32,000 nt of DNA. Origin: Corynebacterium glutamicum ATCC 13032. GTDB lineage: Bacteria; Actinomycetota; Actinomycetes; Mycobacteriales; Mycobacteriaceae. The notes under the pieces are model-generated. The model had not been told where the DNA came from. It made no database searches and was given only the letters and a program-made list of their open reading frames with translations. Shown in pieces: positions 1 through 8,046 of the stretch (positions are counted from its first letter, which is position 1; every line of letters starts with the position of its first letter). The translations under genes and the position numbers were made by a program. The stretch covers positions 2,940,001 to 2,972,000 of the forward strand of contig NC_003450.3 in the NCBI RefSeq assembly GCF_000011325.1, read 5' to 3'.

Positions 1-456
1 GAGCAGCAGACTCCGTACGCGGAGATCGATGACACCGATGCTGCCCCAACCACCAATCACATCCTGGTTTGGGAGCGCGCCGACGCCACCCCAACCAACC
101 TCATCGGCTGCGCACGCCTCGCGCCCATCACCGCCGCCGAGCTTAAGGCGTACACCGGCAAGGGCATTTCGCTTGACGACGCCACCCCGCTCTCACAACT
201 CGGCCGCGTAGCGGTGGCACAGGAAGGGCGGGGCTCGGGGCTCTCAGGTGAGCTCATGCGCAACGCGCTGCGTCTTGCATATGAGCAGTACCCCGACCGC
301 GATGTTGTCCTGACCGCGCAGAAGCCTTTGGTAGATTTCTACGCAGAATACGGCTTTGAGGTCTTGGGTGAGGAATACCTTGACTCGGGTGTTCCTCACC
401 TTCCGATGTTGCTCAAGGCTGATGAGCTTGAAAGGTTCTCAGACCTAGACGCCTAA
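1..456 (+). CDS. GNAT-family N-acetyltransferase, 5' end cut by window edge
   Basis: Frame 1 is open from nt 1 to TAA 454-456; the track ORF 214-456 is only its GTG-initiated tail. The translation ...LIGCARLAPI...LGRVAVAQEGRGSGLSGELMRNALRLAY...DFYAEYGFEV carries the GNAT acetyl-CoA loop (Q-x-x-G-x-G, here QEGRGSG) and the C-terminal FY..GF motif. Confidence 0.8.
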   Translation, partial: EQQTPYAEIDDTDAAPTTNHILVWERADATPTNLIGCARLAPITAAELKAYTGKGISLDDATPLSQLGRVAVAQEGRGSGLSGELMRNALRLAYEQYPDRDVVLTAQKPLVDFYAEYGFEVLGEEYLDSGVPHLPMLLKADELERFSDLDA

Positions 457-1455
457 TCCGTAGTCACTGGAACTCACCCACATCTCCTCGCCGGTCGCGG
501 TGCGGAAACGCACCCGATCGCCGTCGAGTGTTACGGAGAGGGAGGCGTCGAGAAGCGAATTTGGCGCCTCAATGAGCTGGCGGCCGCGGAAATAGTCGAG
601 GCCGGGGTTGCCCACTTGGGTGCCCATCAGGCTGAGTTTTCCGCCGGTGACCGTCAAATGAATGAGGTTGCTGCCGTCGTCCCAGCCGGGGGTGCTGAGT
701 GTTTGGCACCAGAAATCTTGCGATCCCGGCGCGTCAAAGAAACATGACATGGCGTTGCCGTCACTGAACCGTAATTCCGCGATGTTGGAAAATGCCTGGT
801 ACAAGCCACCTTGTGTGGTTAGTTCCGCGTCGCGCTGGGCATTTGAGAGCATCTCAAAACCCTGCGCGCTGATGCGGAATGTTTCATTGGTCGCGTACTT
901 AATGCAGGAAATTTCATCGGCAGACTCGGTGAAACAAGCCATGGTGTGTAAATCGATGTAGGTTCCCGGCGGCAACGTGGTGTAATTTTCCGGCATGACA
1001 TGAGAAATCGCCGTGGTGTACTCAGCAAAACCTGGTCTGTTTTCCACATTTGTATCCGCCACTACGTAACCATCGTCGAATTGGCACGCACCCTGCACGA
1101 AACTCAACCGCCAATCGGTGGAGGGCTCCCGGTTGATAGGTGCGTCCTGTTCCATGGGGCGAAACTCACATTTAATGGTTCCATCAGCTGAGGAAAAACT
1201 CACCTGTCCAGGCTGATAACCACTGGAAAAGTGCCCCACATTTTGGCGAGTGTAGCGAGGCGTCAAGTTGATACCTTCTGCCTGCTGCGTGGTCGTTTCC
1301 GCAGGTGTCGTGGGTTGTGGTGGCTGCGCTGCCGTTTCAGAAGTAGGTTGCGGGGCGGTTTCTGTCACTGTTTCTGTAACCGGCGGCTGCGTATCAGAGC
1401 ATGCAACCACCGCAAGCGCCACGAATGGAATGATCGCTAACCACTTGGTTTTCAT
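445..1455 (-). CDS. Putative lipoprotein with Thr/Pro-rich linker and 6-Cys domain (paralog A)
   Basis: Track ORF 445-1509. Preferred start is ATG 1455, giving MKTKWLAIIPFVALAVVAC|SD (charged n-region, hydrophobic core, lipobox-like LAVVAC). An AGGAG sits about 6 nt upstream on the minus strand (plus 1461-1465). A TETVTETAPQPTSETAAQPPQPTTPAETTTQQ linker follows. The sequence is clearly alignable to the upstream ORF 1470-2501. Confidence 0.8.
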   Translation of the reverse strand: MKTKWLAIIPFVALAVVACSDTQPPVTETVTETAPQPTSETAAQPPQPTTPAETTTQQAEGINLTPRYTRQNVGHFSSGYQPGQVSFSSADGTIKCEFRPMEQDAPINREPSTDWRLSFVQGACQFDDGYVVADTNVENRPGFAEYTTAISHVMPENYTTLPPGTYIDLHTMACFTESADEISCIKYATNETFRISAQGFEMLSNAQRDAELTTQGGLYQAFSNIAELRFSDGNAMSCFFDAPGSQDFWCQTLSTPGWDDGSNLIHLTVTGGKLSLMGTQVGNPGLDYFRGRQLIEAPNSLLDASLSVTLDGDRVRFRTATGEEMWVSSSDYGLGV

Positions 1456-1469
1456 CAGTGCTCCTAAAA

Positions 1470-2501
1470 TTAGTGTGTGCCGGCTCCAAAATCGTGTGTG
1501 TTTGCCCAATACTGATTCCCCTGAGGCGTGGTCAGCGTGAGGGTGGTTCCATCAAATTCTGCACTCACACCGTTCGCGAGGAGATACGATCCCGGACCGA
1601 ATATTTGTTGAGATTTATAAACGCTTTGCGTTGGATTCGTGGGGCGAGCACCCTCAAACTCGGAGTCGGCCTGGTTCAGATTCCACCACAGGGTGTTGGC
1701 AGGGCCAGCTGAAGTTGACCAGCCTCCAGGACCACTGTTGTGGCACAAGAACTCTTCCGCCTGCAACTCACTGACACAGGTGATGCTGGTGCCATCGGTG
1801 AACTGGAAATTCGTCATTTTCGATAACGTTTGAACCTGGCCACTCGAATTAATTAGCTGCTCAGTGGCTTTTGCAGGATCAAGCTCATGGAAGCCCTGTT
1901 CATTCATGGTGAACGCCTGGTTGGAGGCGAAATCGAGACAACTAAACTCCGATACACTCGGCGCCCAACAACCCATGTGACCAAGATGCACCATCTCACC
2001 AACATCGAGAGTCGCTTGCGCTTCTGGTAATTCTTCTTCGGTTTCACTCAATTCGGCAAAGCGTTCCCGGACATTTTCATCCGTGGTGACGCTGATGTGT
2101 TGATCACCAAAAGCGCACGTTCCCGCAGTTTCGTCGAAATCAAACTCCTTGATCTGATAGCTGGTCTCCCCCGGTGTTGCCTCGAAGAAACACTGCGCTG
2201 TGATCCCATCGCCAGTGGTAAATACGGCAGTTTCTTGGTCTTGGACACCGATGTCATACGTTGCTGGATCGATGTGGAGATAATCCAACTCGGTGGCTGC
2301 TATGGGAGTTGCTATGGGAGTTGCTGTGGAGCTTGCTGAGGAGGTTGTTGAGGCTTGAGGAGTCTCGGGAGCCTGCGAAGTCAGGGTGGGCGCTGGCGTT
2401 TGTTCTGGGGTTTGTTCCTGTTCGGAGCAGGCCTGGAGCATCAAAAGCCCGACTGAACTAAGCGCCATGAGAACTGCGTGCGCTGTTGTCGTTCTAGCCA
2501 T
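1470..2501 (-). CDS. Putative lipoprotein with Thr/Pro/Ser-rich linker and 6-Cys domain (paralog B)
   Basis: N-terminus MARTTTAHAVLMALSSVGLLMLQAC|SEQ (lipobox-like LQAC). An alternative ATG lies at 2468. The low-complexity linker TPEQTPAPTLTSQAPETPQASTTSSASSTATPIATPIA follows. The C-terminal domain aligns with paralog A (MGCWAPSVSEFSCLDFASNQAFTMNEQGFHEL vs MACFTESADEISCIKYATNETFRISAQGFEML). The stop is 14 nt before the paralog A start, which suggests co-transcription. Confidence 0.8.
   Translation of the reverse strand: MARTTTAHAVLMALSSVGLLMLQACSEQEQTPEQTPAPTLTSQAPETPQASTTSSASSTATPIATPIAATELDYLHIDPATYDIGVQDQETAVFTTGDGITAQCFFEATPGETSYQIKEFDFDETAGTCAFGDQHISVTTDENVRERFAELSETEEELPEAQATLDVGEMVHLGHMGCWAPSVSEFSCLDFASNQAFTMNEQGFHELDPAKATEQLINSSGQVQTLSKMTNFQFTDGTSITCVSELQAEEFLCHNSGPGGWSTSAGPANTLWWNLNQADSEFEGARPTNPTQSVYKSQQIFGPGSYLLANGVSAEFDGTTLTLTTPQGNQYWANTHDFGAGTH
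2299..2346. repeat. 12-bp tandem repeat inside the lipoprotein B linker
   Basis: gctatgggagtt occurs at 2299-2310 and 2311-2322. Degenerate units gctgtggagctt and gctgaggaggtt follow. On the minus strand this encodes the ATPIATPIA / SSAS part of the linker. Confidence 0.7.
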
Positions 2502-2606
2502 GATGAACCTGCCATCTCACGAGGTGTGCTGGAGTCCACTTGTTTCTAAAACGTTAGTCTCCCGAAACCTTGATTAATACCCTCACGGCTAATTGTTATA
2601 ACCTCG

Positions 2607-3008
2607 TTAAATTTTTATGCCTACTCTGCTGCCTCTCCTGAAAGCGCAAAAAATCGTGATCACCAACCACAACACTGCACACCCAAAGTTAATGAGCGCA
2701 GGGTGGAAGATCACCGGGTCACTCACTGGTGTAGTCCACACGAGGTAACTGATGAAAAACAGGGCAGCAATTGCCCCTGAAGCCACCACCTCAGAGGTGG
2801 TGGTGTGCCTGAGAGAAATCCCAATGATGTACAAACAAAGCGATACCACGGCAAACACTACCCCAATACCTAAAGCCCACCAGCCGGCAGCCCCGCCGGA
2901 GTCAAGCTGCGGGCCAACAGCTACCGCCGCGTATCCGATCAGGATGACACCGATGGCAAGCAGGATCGTAGAAACCCACGAAATGCTGCCCCGATGCTTT
3001 CCCAGCAT
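2607..3008 (-). CDS. Small integral membrane protein (about 4 TM), translationally coupled to purT
   Basis: Track ORF 2607-3149 overlaps purT by 140 nt. The internal ATG at 3008 (MLGKHRGSISWVSTILLAIGVILIGYAAVAV...) lies 1 nt after the purT stop (minus strand reads TAA-C-ATG). The product is almost entirely hydrophobic helices. Confidence 0.7.
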   Translation of the reverse strand: MLGKHRGSISWVSTILLAIGVILIGYAAVAVGPQLDSGGAAGWWALGIGVVFAVVSLCLYIIGISLRHTTTSEVVASGAIAALFFISYLVWTTPVSDPVIFHPALINFGCAVLWLVITIFCAFRRGSRVGIKI

Positions 3009-3009
3009 G

Positions 3010-4236
3010 TTAAGCCTCTGCGGAATTTCCTGGATGAACCTTGATCGCCGCGGCAGCCAAAGTGGCGCGGTCCCTGGCTGCAGCCACATCCTCAGCGGTG
3101 GACACTGCAACACCCATGCGACGCTTGGTGAAGGCCTCTGGCTTGGCAAAGATACGAAGATCAGTTTCAGCCACTGCCAGCGCTTCAGCCAACCCGGTGT
3201 AGCTCACGCCTTCAGATTCGATGCCACCGTAGATGACAGCGGAGGCACCTGGAGAAATCAGGGTGACATCAACAGGCAATCCCAGAATTGCCTTGGCGTG
3301 GAGTTCAAATTCAGAGAAACGCTGGGTGGCAAGGGTGACAAGGCCGGTGTCGTGTGGGCGTGGGGAGACTTCAGAGAAGTACACGTCATCGCCGGAGACA
3401 AAGAGCTCCACACCAAATACGCCGCGTCCGCCCAATGCGTTGGTGATGCGTGCGGCTACTGAGCGTGCGTTTTCCAGCGCGCGAGGAGTCATCTCCATTG
3501 GCTGCCAGGATTCCACGTAGTCGCCGTCTTCTTGGCGGTGCCCAATGGGCTCACAGAACCAGGTCGCAGGCTTAGAGGTGGTGGGATCGATGGACCTTAC
3601 TGTCAACAGGGTGATCTCGTAATCGAATTCCACGAAAGCTTCCACGATGACGCGGGAGTTGGCCACGCGTGCACCGCTCATCGCATAATCCCATGCTGCC
3701 TGCAGATCGTCTGAACTACGCAAAACAGATTGGCCCTTGCCGGAAGAACTCATCACTGGTTTCACCACGTTGGGGTAACCAAGCTTTTCAGCAGCTGCGG
3801 AGAATTCCTCGAAAGTGGAGCAGAACTCATAGTTGGAGGTTGGAAGACCCAGTTCCTCTGCCGCCAGCTTGCGGATGCCTTCGCGGTTCATGGTCAGCTT
3901 GGCTGCACGTGCAGTGGGCACGATGGTAGCTAGCCCCTCTTCTTCGATCTTCACCAGTTCATCGGTTGCCAGTGCTTCGATTTCAGGAATGACAAAATCT
4001 GGGCGCACACGCTCCACCAATTCCCGCACCTGGGCTGCATCTGTCATGTCGATGACATAGGAGAAGTGAGCGACCTGGTGGGCTGGGGCATGTTCGTAGC
4101 GATCAACTGCATGGACTTCCAGGCCGAGACGCTGGAAAGCGATGGCTACTTCTTTGCCTAATTCTCCTGATCCCAGCAGCATCACTTTCGTGGCATTGGG
4201 GGTCAAAGGGGTGCCGATCGACTCTGGGATGTACAT
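3010..4236 (-). CDS. purT: Formate-dependent phosphoribosylglycinamide formyltransferase (GAR transformylase 2)
   Basis: ATP-grasp PurT signature N-terminus ...[33 protein letters not shown]... runs along the full length. The preferred start ATG 4236 (MYIPESIG...) has GGAGG about 9 nt upstream on the minus strand. The track ORF extends to 4296 as an alternative start. Confidence 0.95.
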   Translation of the reverse strand: MYIPESIGTPLTPNATKVMLLGSGELGKEVAIAFQRLGLEVHAVDRYEHAPAHQVAHFSYVIDMTDAAQVRELVERVRPDFVIPEIEALATDELVKIEEEGLATIVPTARAAKLTMNREGIRKLAAEELGLPTSNYEFCSTFEEFSAAAEKLGYPNVVKPVMSSSGKGQSVLRSSDDLQAAWDYAMSGARVANSRVIVEAFVEFDYEITLLTVRSIDPTTSKPATWFCEPIGHRQEDGDYVESWQPMEMTPRALENARSVAARITNALGGRGVFGVELFVSGDDVYFSEVSPRPHDTGLVTLATQRFSEFELHAKAILGLPVDVTLISPGASAVIYGGIESEGVSYTGLAEALAVAETDLRIFAKPEAFTKRRMGVAVSTAEDVAAARDRATLAAAAIKVHPGNSAEA

Positions 4237-5173
4237 GCCTTTTAGCCTCCGTTGGAAGATGTCAGAAATATTGGTGTTCACTTTATCTGACGCCACCTCG
4301 TGAAAGCTCTAAACCTGTTAAAAAGGTTGCTTAATTTTGCGACAACTGATTGCTGTTAACTGCGCTGGAGACCAAGATCAGTGGCCGGTTCAAGTCTTAA
4401 CGGCGCATCCCGCGAAATGAACACTGGTGGGCTGAAATATAGAAGTCGATTTAAGAAGTTAAAGTATCTCATCTCTATGGATGAGACTCATTGAAACTGT
4501 GTGGAATGAGTCTGCAAAGCGTGATTAAAGATTAGCAAGATACCTGAACAAAAGTTCGGAGTTCTCGATCCAAATACCCATTATGGATCAAAAGCGAGTT
4601 CAGACCCCATAGAACAACCCAAAAGTTGCAATGTAGATAGACGTGCAACAAGTCCTGAAGAACCCAAGACAGCGTTCTTCGAGACGATCAATCAGGGGAT
4701 ATCCTGCCTTCGGACCAACCAGGCTATAGCGATTATTGGCCCACCGGGCAGCCGTAACTAAAAGAAGCTGGGATCAACTGTCCCGAAATAGCTGCAGAGA
4801 TAACCATAAGCCTGGATTCACCAAGGCCAATTCAAAGCTACACACGAAATTAGAAAATGCCGCCCTGAGCTAGAATAACCTAGATCGCACATAGCCTGAT
4901 CCGCCCTAAACATGACACGGACTATCCATGCAGTAATTCCGTTTCAGAAGGTGTTCAAGGTCATGTAACGCGATCCCCAATCCGTGATTTCCACACAAAC
5001 TTGAACCAAGCCACAAAGTAACTAAATCTCAGGTCCACATCCTTCAGTCGAATAATGCAACGATTCCCCACGCTATGCAATCTGGAACACGTTGCATCAA
5101 CTCGACCCCGAAATAGTTTTAAACAGGTTCGCTAATCTTACTCCTTTAAAAACTTTTGACACCAAGGGTATTT

Positions 5174-5635
5174 TTATTTTGAATCCTGACTAACAGAGAG
5201 ATTGCTAGCCAGCCATTCACCGTTTACCCCCTTAGAAAAACTGAGGGTCGGGACGGTTAGTTTATTTACTAAAGAAGTGGTTGAATCACAAAGTACCACA
5301 TCAGACGGGTTCAATAAATCTGATTCAACTGAATCATCGGACCAAAATACAATGCCTGATTGCTCAGAGCCTTCCAAATCCGGAACCAACTCTATGGGTA
5401 GATCAAGCACTTCAGATGAATACGTACTGGGCGTATCTGCGCAAATGAACGCGAAAGCTGTCCACTCGCTCCCGTAGATATCAGAAAGGTTAACTACCGG
5501 ACGATTGAAATTAGATTCCTCGAGAAAACTCAAAAGCGGTGATTGTGAATCAGAACAGCTAGTAAGTAATAGACAAGAAAATAATACTGCAGTTCCTTGC
5601 TTAACAAACCGGGCTTGAAGCATGATTGCCCTCAA
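5174..5635 (-). CDS. Orphan putative lipoprotein (low-GC island)
   Basis: N-terminus (TTG 5635 or ATG 5623) ...MLQARFVKQGTAVLFSCLLLTSC|SDSQ has a lipobox-like LLTSC. The mature part is acidic and Ser-rich with no domain I recognise. It starts 1 nt after the stop of the upstream secreted-protein gene. Local G+C is about 40% by hand count. Confidence 0.65.
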   Translation of the reverse strand: MRAIMLQARFVKQGTAVLFSCLLLTSCSDSQSPLLSFLEESNFNRPVVNLSDIYGSEWTAFAFICADTPSTYSSEVLDLPIELVPDLEGSEQSGIVFWSDDSVESDLLNPSDVVLCDSTTSLVNKLTVPTLSFSKGVNGEWLASNLSVSQDSK

Positions 5636-5636
5636 A

Positions 5637-6404
5637 TCAATAAACTAGCGAAGTTTCCAAAGCTAACCCTGATCCGGTTTGGATCTCTAAGATTTCGTTA
5701 CCTTGGGTTATGCGTTGAAAGACACCGGCACTTACCATTTCAATATTATGAGAATTAGAGTTCTCTATGATTTCATTCGGCTTCTCTGATGATTCTGGGA
5801 AAACCAGAAAACTTAGTTCTTTCGTGCCATCATTCAATGAAATGCTTCCACCCCTGCTCTCAAAGGCCTCTGCGGAAACATTGGTTACAGCTTGAACTTC
5901 AGGACTTACAATTTTTAACTGAACATCCCCCGCAGAACTGTGAACTTCCTGAAGGGACCAGGATCCATCGGTCCATCTAGTACTTTCAGACGCAATACTG
6001 AAAATTTCATCCTGACTATCCGCAATAGACATTCCCCCACTTGGGATTCCTCCAATCCATGCTCGAGCTGGCGCTTCTTGGCCACCCAATCGATATTCAT
6101 ATGTAAAAGAAGCACGTTCATTATTGAGCTGAGAAGTGCTAACACTACAAGTGTCTCCACCAACTGAAGAATAAATCCCCAGTCTACAAGTCATAACTAC
6201 CAAAGGGTTATCGGTAAGACCGCTGCTTGCATTACTGGAAGTTCTTAAAAAGCCCCACGATCCTGCACCTTCATACATTGTAGTACCTGGCGTTACAACA
6301 CCATTAAACCAAGTATTATCCACAGCGTTTGCAAGTGGAGCTGACATCAAAGGAGCTGCAAACATAAGAGCTACAAGACATCTTGTGGCTTTGCTTAGTT
6401 TCAT
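5637..6404 (-). CDS. Orphan secreted protein (low-GC island)
   Basis: Track ORF 5637-6527. The preferred start ATG 6404 gives MKLSKATRCLVALMFAAPLMSAPLANA|VDN, a classic Sec signal with an A-x-A cleavage site. GAAAGG lies upstream. The mature protein of about 228 aa looks beta-rich and has a single Cys pair (MTCRLGIYSSVGGDTCS). I recognise no family. Confidence 0.7.
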   Translation of the reverse strand: MKLSKATRCLVALMFAAPLMSAPLANAVDNTWFNGVVTPGTTMYEGAGSWGFLRTSSNASSGLTDNPLVVMTCRLGIYSSVGGDTCSVSTSQLNNERASFTYEYRLGGQEAPARAWIGGIPSGGMSIADSQDEIFSIASESTRWTDGSWSLQEVHSSAGDVQLKIVSPEVQAVTNVSAEAFESRGGSISLNDGTKELSFLVFPESSEKPNEIIENSNSHNIEMVSAGVFQRITQGNEILEIQTGSGLALETSLVY

Positions 6405-6695
6405 GTTAAACCTTTCGAGTTTAGGAAGGAGAACAATTTGAATATAGCTAACAAAAACAACAAATAACTTTTCTAAGCGAAAATTCCCGAAAAGTGCCCA
6501 AATCTTGAGGGTGCAAAAGGTATACATTCAAAACGTGAAGTGCAGATAAGAAATGCTATAGTTCTGTCAAAATAAAACCTTCCTGATAAGCGTGTTTAAT
6601 CACTGATCTAACTCACTAGGGTTGTTGACTGACTCTAAACTATGGTCACGGTCCCGAAGATTGGGACCTGCCCCCTGGAAACACAGGCGATTTAA

Positions 6696-7592
6696 TCAGG
6701 AAACAGATTTCAGAATAGCTAAATTTCTACTCTCGAACACCGCAGGCACCACATAGCCACACCAAGAATGCCTGCGATTTGTGCTGTACCTGGTACACCA
6801 GCGAAATACCTCCCGGCGGCACACCAACTGATTGGCAAACGTCTTGGAATCCTGCAGCACCTCTCGCTTGAGGGCGGCATTAAACGACTCCGCCAGCGAA
6901 TTATCCGCACTGGTACCAACAGCACCCATCGACTGACGAACACCCAACTTTTTACAAGTGTCCTGAAACGCCTGCGAGGTGTACACACTGCCGTGATCCG
7001 AATGAAACACCGCACCCTTCAGGCTGCCTCGCTGACTCTTCGCCATCAGCAATGCCTCCTGCACCAATGACGTGCGCATATGATCCGCAATCGCAAAACC
7101 CACCAGCCTACGGGAATAGCAATCAATGACCGTAGCCAGATACATGTTCGTGCCATCTGCGATCGGTAGGTAAGTAATATCCCCGACGTAAACTTCATTT
7201 GCTGCTAGTGCGTTAAAATGACGTTTGACCAGGTCAGGGAAGACAGGCTTCTTTTTATCAGACACGGTCGTGATGACCCTGCGTTTCTTCGTGAAACCAA
7301 ACAGCTTTAATGATGCCATGATCCGGGCGACTCGTTTATGGTTAACCGGAGTGCTGCCAGGATCATCGTTGAGCTCAGCCGTGATGCGTTTTGAGCCGTA
7401 GCAGCCGCGTTCTTTCGTGAAGATGGACTTGATCTTCGCTCCTAAGACTGCGTCGCTGAGCAGGCGGTTGCTCCTGGTCGGGGCAGTCTTTTTCCATTTG
7501 TAGTACGAGGAGCGGTTGATTTTCAACACTTCGCATAACCGCTTAACCGGATAGGTTTTTCGCACGTCGTCAACAAACCGGAAGCAGCTCAC
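6696..7592 (-). CDS. IS3-family transposase OrfB (DDE integrase core)
   Basis: rve-type motifs: YVGDITYLPIADGTNMYLATVIDCYSRRLVGFAIADHM, FHSDHGSVYTS, and SADNSLAESFNAALKRE (the D, D, E region). The frame is actually open upstream to about 7673, and the GTG at 7592 is only the first start codon in it. Confidence 0.85.
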   Translation of the reverse strand: MSCFRFVDDVRKTYPVKRLCEVLKINRSSYYKWKKTAPTRSNRLLSDAVLGAKIKSIFTKERGCYGSKRITAELNDDPGSTPVNHKRVARIMASLKLFGFTKKRRVITTVSDKKKPVFPDLVKRHFNALAANEVYVGDITYLPIADGTNMYLATVIDCYSRRLVGFAIADHMRTSLVQEALLMAKSQRGSLKGAVFHSDHGSVYTSQAFQDTCKKLGVRQSMGAVGTSADNSLAESFNAALKREVLQDSKTFANQLVCRREVFRWCTRYSTNRRHSWCGYVVPAVFESRNLAILKSVS

Positions 7593-7617
7593 CAGTTTGT
7601 CTCTTGCCGGGAAATAT

Positions 7618-7887
7618 TTAGCAGCTTTCCGCAGGATGTCGCGTTCTTGCGCGTTGTAGCGCGTTTTCCTTCTTCAGCTGCCGGATTTGTTCAGCTTCAG
7701 AGACTGCCGCAGATGGGGTTGTCCCTTGTACGTTGTGGTTGGATCCGTATTTGATGATCCAGTTTTTCAGGGTTACTCGGTTGATGCCGAGATCGTTGGC
7801 GATCTGTTGGAGTGAGGCCCCGTCGGAGTTCTCGTACAAAGCAACGGCGTCGCGTTTGAACTCCTCGGAATAGGTCTTGGTTGGCAT
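7618..7887 (-). CDS. IS3-family transposase OrfA (HTH), apparently truncated by a frameshift
   Basis: MPTKTYSEEFKRDAVALYENSDGASLQQIANDLGINRVTLKNWIIKYG is a Tnp_1-type HTH. The leucine-zipper part ...IRQLKKENALQR then runs out of frame. The expected continuation QERDILRKAAKYF is in the orfB frame. Confidence 0.85.
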   Translation of the reverse strand: MPTKTYSEEFKRDAVALYENSDGASLQQIANDLGINRVTLKNWIIKYGSNHNVQGTTPSAAVSEAEQIRQLKKENALQRARTRHPAESC

Positions 7888-8046
7888 GATCGGTAGGTTA
7901 CCTTTCTATCCCAGAATGTTGGGATGTTAGGTGTCTACCAAACAGGGGCCAGGTCCCTTTAACGACAAACAGGGAAGGTGGGTAAAATGTCGCAAATTCC
8001 AGCAGTTATAGTAAGTGATTGAACAAGTTCAACAAATAGAGACAAT

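Larger units (their letters stand above)
6662..7958 (-). mobile_element. IS3-family insertion sequence (about 1297 bp)
   Basis: Contains an orfA (HTH) plus orfB (DDE/rve) pair. The imperfect terminal inverted repeats are TGGGACCTGCCCCCTG at 6662-6677 and, reverse-complemented at 7943-7958, AGGGACCTGGCCCCTG (14/16 identical). The size is typical of IS3 elements. I could not identify a flanking target-site duplication. Confidence 0.85.

Noticed and set aside
2752-3462. 236-aa ORF on the + strand
   Set aside because: It lies entirely antisense to the small membrane protein gene and to the 3' end of purT. It has no RBS and an odd composition, which is typical of a shadow ORF in high-GC DNA.
4383-4405. 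tRNA T-loop-like string GGTTCAAGTC that could mark a tRNA-derived att site at the island edge
   Set aside because: The flanking bases cannot form the 5-bp T-stem (gccgg vs cttaa), and no acceptor-stem or other tRNA arms are present. I treat it as a chance match.
6541-6553. The 13-mer TGCAGATAAGAAA is shared with 28427-28439, upstream of the ArsR gene
   Set aside because: By rough estimate about 15 chance 13-mer matches are expected in a 32-kb window counting both strands. There is no extended similarity around the match.
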